DNA of 40,392 bases, taken from positions 1-40,392 of the IMG/VR virus record IMGVR_UViG_3300030376_003333. One strand, given 5' to 3'. Made by a program: the position numbers and the translations under genes. This DNA comes from a virus (taxonomy: Duplodnaviria; Caudoviricetes). Of this stretch, positions 34,401 to 40,392 are shown piece by piece; within the stretch, counting starts at the first letter, position 1; every line of letters begins with the position of its first letter. The notes beneath the pieces are model-generated. The model saw nothing but the letters and a program-made list of their open reading frames with translations. It made no database searches and had not been told where the DNA came from.

Positions 34401-35935
34401 ATATATTAGGTGCTTATCACTCATGGAATAACACCCCTTGGAATACTTGGCCTGGTAAAGGACTACAAGCTGGTGATGACATGTTTAAGTCATTAGTAGC
34501 TCGTATGGATATAAGATATCAAGCCGCTTTAGAAGCTGATGCCTTAGGTGATTCTGCTAGACAGTTTGATATAGATTCTGAGACTGGGGTTATGTCTGGT
34601 AATAGTGCTGCTGATAAATATACAGAACTACTCCAACAGAAACTAGGACCTAATGGAGAGATTAACGATAAGGTTTTATTAGATAGAGCTAAGGAAGCAA
34701 CCTTCCAGAAAGCACTCGAAGGAGATATGAAAAAGATAGCTGATGCTATTAATGACCTTCCTGTATTAAAGCAGTTTGTTCCTTTCGTAAAAACACCTCA
34801 TAACGTTAATGTCTATGCCTTACAGCATATACCTGGTTTAGCTAGGTTTACTTCTGAATATAAAGCAGCTATGAAGCCTGGAGCTGATCCTCAACTTCGA
34901 GCTTTAATGAAGGGTAGAGAAGCAATGGGTGTGTTATTAGTTAGCTCTGGAGCTACTATGGCTGGTTTAGGACTCATTACTGGTAATGGACCATCTGATC
35001 CTAAGCTTAAAAAGATATGGCTTAAAAATCATGCTCCTATGTCCTTTAAGATTCCTGGTACTAACAACTGGGTTAGTTATAAGTCTGTTCCTGGTGCTGA
35101 TGTTATCTTCTCTGCTATAGCTGATACTCAAGAGATAATTAAGCTATTACCTGAAGGTGATGGTGATAAGCTCTGGAATCAACTCACATATACCATAGCT
35201 AATAGTATTACTAACCGAGCTTACTTTGCTGGTTTCACTGATTTATCTGGTGCTCTAGATCCTAGTAAGTGGGGTGCTATGAGCGTAGCTGAAGCTGCAG
35301 CTGATAGAGCTAATACATTAATAGGTTCTTCTGGTTTTAGAAACCAATTCGAGAACGTATTGAAGTCCGGTATGCATGAATATAGAAATACTCTTCATGC
35401 TGTAGCAGGTAAATTATCTGGTGGAATATTAGGAGATAAAGTTCCTACTATCGATATCCTTACTGGTGAGCAAATGGTCACTGGTTATGAGAATCCATTT
35501 AATGCTGTTAACCCATTTAGAGTTGCTTCTAAGAATGCTAGTCCTCTAGAGAAAGATCTAGCTAAATACCAATACCGTTTATCAGATGCTGTAGTTACTA
35601 GGGTGAATGGGGTTGATCTCACAGTACCTGAACAACAGGAGATGAGACGTTTGATGTATGACGATGGTAACTTCCCTAAAGCCCTGAGTTCCTATATCAA
35701 TAGTAGAATATTTAAAGCTAAATACAAGAGATGGTTAGACACTAGAGGTACTGCTGAAGGTGTAGCTAGAGAAGAATCTGATTGGTATGCAGATATTAGT
35801 AAAGTAGTTAATGCCTATAGACGTAAAGCTAAGAAAGAACTCTTAACGGGTTCAGATCCTATTAGCATAGCCTTTAGATCTCGTATCGGAGAGAGTAACG
35901 TAGATCCAATTAAAAGTCTTATAAATATCCGATAA
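31430..35935 (+). CDS. Large internal virion protein (gp16-like)
   Basis: 1501 aa; C-terminal motifs LSSPVSQMRNIAGN, ATFQ, FVPFVKTPHN, ITGNGP; precedes the tail fibre. Confidence 0.8.
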   Translation: MAQNTDGIGGKPIDHDDSVDESTTTSQETTKGPVSNFEAGREALTAELADVEIPKGWEPLEAVEQAYASIRDFADNTFQGDLRTKEEILQDRKNLTLQGWKNEAERKRLLDEATFKDAPLTVIAREGVRAPIGGVAASIENLGEGAEFLGDTAKSLISKTGIIEVDEEDIPWSSAYESAHWDLGVAENKTAVGNFSREMIGLIINMKQLAGLGIGIGGGATIKSRLASETLRGAIVDFVIDPGEGNLSNIVQDSKYANILSKALAHKDDDNQYIQRLKNMVEGGTIGIAVDGLTETYSVIREARRLVKTGIPAESAVDQALINLRRKEILRGQWEDGSEEAIEQAAIRKSANYNPEISNKAPKEGGVSQKRELVEAEIAMATDGRLKNPLNMKNRSTLEIEGDLGANAKGRADWQFFRNKSGNIELSWDVSLVKGKLSLGKMKTQFKKMVSDGKFRVGETLENHPLSDSAHSSTKDKRAISEWQAKKEKLNAVRQALIENPDEQLDAAARRLFEEVQAGIKDPDARRAWDSLEEGDEALNYYRKQAAKVDPRTNPGPVPNKRSRIYERMGFGPLIDDEVQYARVVDDPEKGIILKPVGKDGKIIEPHKIENDLNSAKVGGEGKFEPQERQVRVDSDDIEDVVESFAKTTDSVDGSAKHASSDADFEDMNTVQDFSKYIEERAEWIDIDEINRRLGPQAVEYHERVLKDLASFALDGRLDHLENLLTKGDQGIRGTGAGGAVILDTLVKDTSNQLLEIANVIRELDEIDADFSKQALDLLERQRALVKLKKESTIFASYNLQNWKDIPLDISRTMDEAAETIDKEFDKITELLKSTDIVDGVEVKKQIRGFVNGLIATNGDPTRIWGFWENWRKYGMKGLNQAAIQAWLSSPVSQMRNIAGNTVVAIERPFALAAGHALEGDWKKTRAALSMFDGFFQATRESFAVAKESIGKDGPITEGSKVAHFEASAMTQQVEALKGLAKTPAQKYAANILGAYHSWNNTPWNTWPGKGLQAGDDMFKSLVARMDIRYQAALEADALGDSARQFDIDSETGVMSGNSAADKYTELLQQKLGPNGEINDKVLLDRAKEATFQKALEGDMKKIADAINDLPVLKQFVPFVKTPHNVNVYALQHIPGLARFTSEYKAAMKPGADPQLRALMKGREAMGVLLVSSGATMAGLGLITGNGPSDPKLKKIWLKNHAPMSFKIPGTNNWVSYKSVPGADVIFSAIADTQEIIKLLPEGDGDKLWNQLTYTIANSITNRAYFAGFTDLSGALDPSKWGAMSVAEAAADRANTLIGSSGFRNQFENVLKSGMHEYRNTLHAVAGKLSGGILGDKVPTIDILTGEQMVTGYENPFNAVNPFRVASKNASPLEKDLAKYQYRLSDAVVTRVNGVDLTVPEQQEMRRLMYDDGNFPKALSSYINSRIFKAKYKRWLDTRGTAEGVAREESDWYADISKVVNAYRRKAKKELLTGSDPISIAFRSRIGESNVDPIKSLINIR

Positions 35936-35958
35936 CAATCCTATTCGCTTAAGAGAAC

Positions 35959-37188
35959 GTGACAACAACAACTGAAAATAACTACACAACGACGAATAGT
36001 ACAACTGTCCTATTCCCTTTTACATTCCCCTATATTGAAGAATCCGATATTAAGGTAAGCCTTAATACCGTTGATACAACTAGCTTTACATTCTCAACGC
36101 CAACAACTATTGAGTTGAATACAGCCCCTGCTACTGGGGTTGTCGTAAGGGTTTATAGAGTCACTGATAGTGAAGATCTAACATCAACCTTCTTTGCAGG
36201 CTCAGCAATAAGAGCTAAGGACCTCAATGATAACTTTACTCAGAACCTATATGTAACTCAGGAAGTTAAAAATGATTCAGCAGATGCTTTATCTAACTCT
36301 AGAGAGTCAAATGGGGCTGGTGGTTGGAAGACTGCTATCTCTAAAGCTAGTGATGCTGTTACCACAGCCAATGCTGCTGTTGTAACTGCTGATGCTGCTG
36401 ACGTAATTGCTGATGCTGCTGTTGTAACTGCTAATGCTGCTAATGCTACTGCAGGTACGGCTTCTACAAATGCTGCTGCTGCTGTTGCTTCAGCCGCTAC
36501 TGCTAATACTACAGCTGGTAATGCTGAAACTAAAGCTGATACTGCTATAGCTTCTGCTACTAGTGCTAATACGACTGCGGCTAGTGCTGTAACAACTGCT
36601 GATGCTGCTGAAACTAAAGCTGATACTGCTATTACCACCGCTAATAGTTCTAATACTACAGCTGGTAATGCTGAAACTAAAGCTGATACTGCTATATCAA
36701 CAGCTAACACAGCGTCTACAAATGCCTCAGCTGCTGTAACTACTGCTAACACTGCAAGTTCAACAGCTACTGCAGCTCAAACAGCAGTTGCTAATTCTGT
36801 TCTTTATACACCTGTTGCTAACGTAGCAGGTATACCTGGCAGTCCATCTGACGGTGATTATATAGAAGTACAAAACTCTACAGGTATTGAAAGTTTCACT
36901 CCTTTGTCTGGGTTGCCAACTGGTTTTACAGGTCACTCTCAATTAACAGTAAACCTTTTATATAATGGTTCATCAGCAACACCAGCAAGTACTTGGGTAT
37001 GGCAACAGTATTACGCTACTGATCCTGAAACAAGGTATCGCAAAAAGTTAATCGTAGAGAATCTACATACGATTGACGAAAACTATACGATTGGTACAAA
37101 TAACAACGCATCGTCTGTTGGTCCAGTCGCTGTTGCTGCAAATAAAACAGTAACTATCCCTGCAAACTCTCTATACTTAATACATTAA
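35959..37188 (+). CDS. Tail fibre protein (T7 gp17 N-terminal adaptor plus Ala/Thr coiled coil)
   Basis: FPFTFPYIEESDIKVS, YRVT, FFAGSAIRAKDLNDNFTQNLYVTQE; heptad A/T repeats; GTG start. Confidence 0.9.
   Translation: MTTTTENNYTTTNSTTVLFPFTFPYIEESDIKVSLNTVDTTSFTFSTPTTIELNTAPATGVVVRVYRVTDSEDLTSTFFAGSAIRAKDLNDNFTQNLYVTQEVKNDSADALSNSRESNGAGGWKTAISKASDAVTTANAAVVTADAADVIADAAVVTANAANATAGTASTNAAAAVASAATANTTAGNAETKADTAIASATSANTTAASAVTTADAAETKADTAITTANSSNTTAGNAETKADTAISTANTASTNASAAVTTANTASSTATAAQTAVANSVLYTPVANVAGIPGSPSDGDYIEVQNSTGIESFTPLSGLPTGFTGHSQLTVNLLYNGSSATPASTWVWQQYYATDPETRYRKKLIVENLHTIDENYTIGTNNNASSVGPVAVAANKTVTIPANSLYLIH
36503..36696 (+). repeat. Intragenic direct repeats in the tail-fibre coiled coil
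   Basis: Identical 47-mers at 36503-36549 and 36650-36696 (147 bp = 7 heptads apart), plus a 26-bp partial copy at 36607-36632. Confidence 0.85.
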
Positions 37189-37190
37189 TC

Positions 37191-38120
37191 ATGGCTTACG
37201 GGAAGATAAAGGCGGATACGTTCGTCTACGATAATAGTGGCTCAGATGTTGAAGTCACGCTCAGTTCAATTGGTAATAAAGTAGATGCTGCTAACCCAAC
37301 ATTTACTGGTACGGTTACAATACCAACTCCTACAGCTGGAGATAACACAACTAAAGCTGCTTCAACAGCATTTGTTGTAGCTGGTTTTGCACCTAAAGCT
37401 GCACCTGCATTTACTGGTACAGCTACTGGAGCTAACCTAACTCTATCAGGTACGCTTACTGTTAACGGTACAACTACTACAGTTGCTTCTACTAACACAA
37501 CAATTACAGATAACCTAATTGAGTTAAACAGTGGTGCTTCAAGTAATGCTAATGACTCTGGTATCTTAATTGAACGTGGTTCTACTGGTGATAATGCAAT
37601 TATTGCTTGGGATGAAAGTGCTGATAAGTTTGTAGTTGGTACAACAACAGGTACTGCTAGTTCAACTGGTGATATAACAATAGCTACTGGTACTCTTGTA
37701 GCAACTGTAGAAGGTACAGCTACTGGTTTAGCCGGATCACCTAACGTCACTGTTGGTACAGTTGGTTGTGGTGCTATTACAGGTACTTCGACAGTATCAG
37801 ATTCAAAAGGTAACGTCAGAGATATTATTCAAAACACTCAAACCTCTGCATATACATTAGCTGGTTCAGATGCAGGTAAACATATCTATATCTCTACAGG
37901 TGGAGTGACAGTTAATGGCAGTGTTTATGGTGCTGGTAATGCCGTGACTATTGTCAACAATAGTGGTTCAGATCAAACAATTACGCAAGGTAGTGGAATC
38001 ACGATATATAACTCTGCTGATGCTACTACAGGTAATAGAACTTTAGCTGCTAGAGGAATGGCGACCATTTTATTCGCAAGTGGAACTGCTGCTTACATCT
38101 CAGGTGCGGGGTTGAGCTAA
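37191..38120 (+). CDS. Tail fibre-associated protein
   Basis: G/T/A-rich fibre motifs: PTFTGTVTIPTPTAGDNTTKAASTAFV, LTVNGTTTTV, GILIERG, IAWDESADKF. Confidence 0.8.
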   Translation: MAYGKIKADTFVYDNSGSDVEVTLSSIGNKVDAANPTFTGTVTIPTPTAGDNTTKAASTAFVVAGFAPKAAPAFTGTATGANLTLSGTLTVNGTTTTVASTNTTITDNLIELNSGASSNANDSGILIERGSTGDNAIIAWDESADKFVVGTTTGTASSTGDITIATGTLVATVEGTATGLAGSPNVTVGTVGCGAITGTSTVSDSKGNVRDIIQNTQTSAYTLAGSDAGKHIYISTGGVTVNGSVYGAGNAVTIVNNSGSDQTITQGSGITIYNSADATTGNRTLAARGMATILFASGTAAYISGAGLS

Positions 38121-38121
38121 T

Positions 38122-40392
38122 ATGACACCGATACAACAATTAATGCTTGGCGTAGGTGCTAAGAAAAAGACGTATATGGACGATGTGTTCTCAACACACC
38201 TCTATAAAGGAACGGGCTCAGGTAGTCATGCAATTAATAATGGACTTGATCTTTCTTCTGAGGGGGGTTTGGTATGGATTAAATCTCGAACAAATACTGC
38301 TAGTAATATTTTGCAAGACACAGTAAATGGAACAGGTAAATTTATAAAGTCTAATAGCGATGATGGAACAACAAATACCAGTCAATACATAACGTCTTTT
38401 AACAATAATGGATATACTCTTGGTACAGATAATGATATAAATAACAGTAGTCAAAATTTCGCCTCATGGTCATTCCGTAAGGCACCTGGGTTCTTTGATG
38501 TTGTTGAATGGGATGGGGATGGAAATAGTGGCAGAGGTATTTCACATAGTTTAGGTTGTGTTCCTGGCTTAATAATGATCAAAGAAACAACCGGAACTCA
38601 GCAATGGATGGTATATCACAAGTCTAAAGGTTCAGGCAAATATGGTGTTTTGAGTAGTACCGCTGCATGGGTATCTAGTAATTTTATGGATGATGGAATC
38701 GACCCCACATCAACTACATTTTATTTATCTGGTCATGACTACGTTAATGGTTCTTCAAAAAGTTATATAGCCTATGTATTTGCAGGTGGAGAAAGTACTG
38801 CTGCGACTGCAAAAAGTGTTGAATTTGATGGTGATGATTATCTAAAAAGTACCAATAGCGATACTAAATTCACTATGGGAACTGGTGATTTTACTGTTGA
38901 ATGTTGGGTTAAAGCTGACAACCATAATAAAGGTATCTTTCAAATATCTAATACGTCAGGTGGCCTTGACAGTTCAGGTTATCAAAGCGATATAAGTCTG
39001 TGGACACATAGTGATGGGAGATTAGGTTGTGCTCTTAATGGTTCCAATGTTTATGGAACTGGAAAATTAGCAAAAGGTCACTGGCATCATGTAGCAATAA
39101 CTAGAGCTAGTGGAACAGCGTATATATTCTTAGATGGTACACTGCAATTCTCAGGATCAGAACCTACTGATTATGATGGTACATATCTCATTATAAGTGG
39201 GTATTACAGTACAAGTTTTCTGATGGATGGGGCAATAAGCAATTTTAGAGTAGTCAAAGGTCAAGCACTTTATACCTCTAGTTTTAAACCTCCTGTTGAA
39301 CCATTAACAACAACTTCTCAAGGTGCTACGGCATCTAATGTAAGTGTTTTATGTTGTCAAGGGCCAGGCAACCCTGACGACAGAGCTTCTGGTGGTGTAC
39401 ACATGTCCGTTGATGGTAATCCAACACTAAGGACAGATAGCCCCTTCGATGACCCTGCTGGTTTTGTCTTTGGAGACGCAGGGGAAAACGTAATCAAGTG
39501 CGGTAGTTATGTTGGAACTGGCTCAAATCTCCAAGATGTTTTCTTAGGATTTGAACCTCAGTGGGTAATGATTAAATGTGCAAGTAACGGGGGTGGTCAT
39601 ACGAACTGGGCTATCTATGACAGCATGAGAGGTGTGGTGAGTAACGGAAATGACAGACAATTAACAGCTAATGAAAGTGAAGCTGAAGAAAGTGGTGATA
39701 ATTATGCAAATTCAGACTTAATTGAGTTTACATCTACTGGATTTAAAGTTGGTCAATCTGGTTGGGATGTGAACCATAATGCTAATGAAACGTATATCTA
39801 CACGGCAATCCGCCGTCCAGATGGATATTGTGGCAAGCCTTACGGCGCAGGGGAAGGAACGAGTGTATTCGCTATGGATACAAGTAATGCTCAGGCAACT
39901 ATCCCATGTCTTGATAGTAATTTCATTGTTGACTTCGCTCTACTCAAGAAGCCCTCTGCAAGTGAAGATTGGTCTGCGTCAGCACGTCTTATCAGTGGAA
40001 GATATTTAATACCTAATACTACTGCTGCTGGTGCTGCTGGTGCTGATTACAGTTGGGATAGCAATGTTGGTTGGGGTAAAGGTTTAAATAGTGCTAATCA
40101 ATCATGGATGTGGAAACGCCACGCTGGGATGGATGTGGTGACTTATACAGGGAATGGAGCGACACAAGCTCAAGGAGGGCAAACAATTAAGCATAGCCTC
40201 TCGAAGACTCCTGAGATGATTTGGCTTAAGTATAGAAATGACGCTTATGCCTGGCAGGTATATCATAAAGGCCTAAATGGTGGCACGACTCCTCAAAATT
40301 ACAAGCTTCAATTAGATGACGAGGCTGCTGAAAGTGGTAATGCTGCATGGTGGAACAACACTGCTCCAACATCTACTCATTTTACAGTAGGA
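38122..40392 (+). CDS. Receptor-binding/tail fibre protein with repeated beta modules and a LamG/concanavalin-like domain (3' truncated)
   Basis: Not in the track (no stop in window). MTPIQQLMLGVG...; repeated units GGLVWIKSR, PGLIMIK, PQWVMIK, PEMIWLK; LamG-like GTGDFTVECWVK...WHHVAITR...ISNFRVVKG. Confidence 0.85.
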   Translation, partial: MTPIQQLMLGVGAKKKTYMDDVFSTHLYKGTGSGSHAINNGLDLSSEGGLVWIKSRTNTASNILQDTVNGTGKFIKSNSDDGTTNTSQYITSFNNNGYTLGTDNDINNSSQNFASWSFRKAPGFFDVVEWDGDGNSGRGISHSLGCVPGLIMIKETTGTQQWMVYHKSKGSGKYGVLSSTAAWVSSNFMDDGIDPTSTTFYLSGHDYVNGSSKSYIAYVFAGGESTAATAKSVEFDGDDYLKSTNSDTKFTMGTGDFTVECWVKADNHNKGIFQISNTSGGLDSSGYQSDISLWTHSDGRLGCALNGSNVYGTGKLAKGHWHHVAITRASGTAYIFLDGTLQFSGSEPTDYDGTYLIISGYYSTSFLMDGAISNFRVVKGQALYTSSFKPPVEPLTTTSQGATASNVSVLCCQGPGNPDDRASGGVHMSVDGNPTLRTDSPFDDPAGFVFGDAGENVIKCGSYVGTGSNLQDVFLGFEPQWVMIKCASNGGGHTNWAIYDSMRGVVSNGNDRQLTANESEAEESGDNYANSDLIEFTSTGFKVGQSGWDVNHNANETYIYTAIRRPDGYCGKPYGAGEGTSVFAMDTSNAQATIPCLDSNFIVDFALLKKPSASEDWSASARLISGRYLIPNTTAAGAAGADYSWDSNVGWGKGLNSANQSWMWKRHAGMDVVTYTGNGATQAQGGQTIKHSLSKTPEMIWLKYRNDAYAWQVYHKGLNGGTTPQNYKLQLDDEAAESGNAAWWNNTAPTSTHFTVG

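Noticed and set aside
36258-36752. 164-aa minus-strand Ala/Val-rich ORF
   Set aside because: Antisense shadow of the GCT/ACT-rich tail-fibre repeat.
174-38454. Other minus-strand and nested alternative-frame ORFs in the track (e.g. 174-461, 6598-6900, 10725-11078, 22551-22772, 32533-32901, 37226-37750)
   Set aside because: They overlap well-supported + strand genes or RNA elements, carry no recognisable motifs, and T7-like genomes are transcribed from one strand.

Overview
The window is most of the genome of a T7-like marine cyanopodovirus (Autographiviridae-type, P-SSP7-like gene set). All credible genes are on the + strand. The assembly appears permuted. It starts in the 3' end of psbA, followed by terminase and thyX, then a probable genome-end region (~3.0-3.25 kb). 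Next come small early genes, single-subunit RNA polymerase, a MarR-like regulator, a tyrosine integrase and an attP that copies the 5' half of tRNA-Leu(UAA). The replication and nucleotide block follows (SSB, endonuclease I, primase/helicase, thioredoxin, DNA polymerase, HNH nuclease, exonuclease, class I RNR alpha/beta). The virion block runs from portal to tail fibres, with the last gene truncated. The most unusual content is non-coding. (1) Six covarying tRNA-elbow-like mini-elements, each with a T-arm, a GG linker and a closing stem but no anticodon arm, lie in the early leader and at gene junctions. (2) Two polarised, + strand dispersed motifs (TTCCACTnAmC and ATCACTCATCA) were found only in the early and replication regions. 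(3) There is a four-copy TATGG-N9-TWATTCC-N5/6-GGGGTA hairpin family. (4) A glutamine-II (Downstream-peptide) riboswitch with a DUF4278-like peptide lies in front of the major capsid gene. (5) Candidate host-regulator sites include a perfect Fur 7-1-7 box and NtcA/CRP-like, LexA-like and IHF-like sites. All assignments come from reading the sequence and recalling protein and RNA families; no database search was run and motif counts are by eye.
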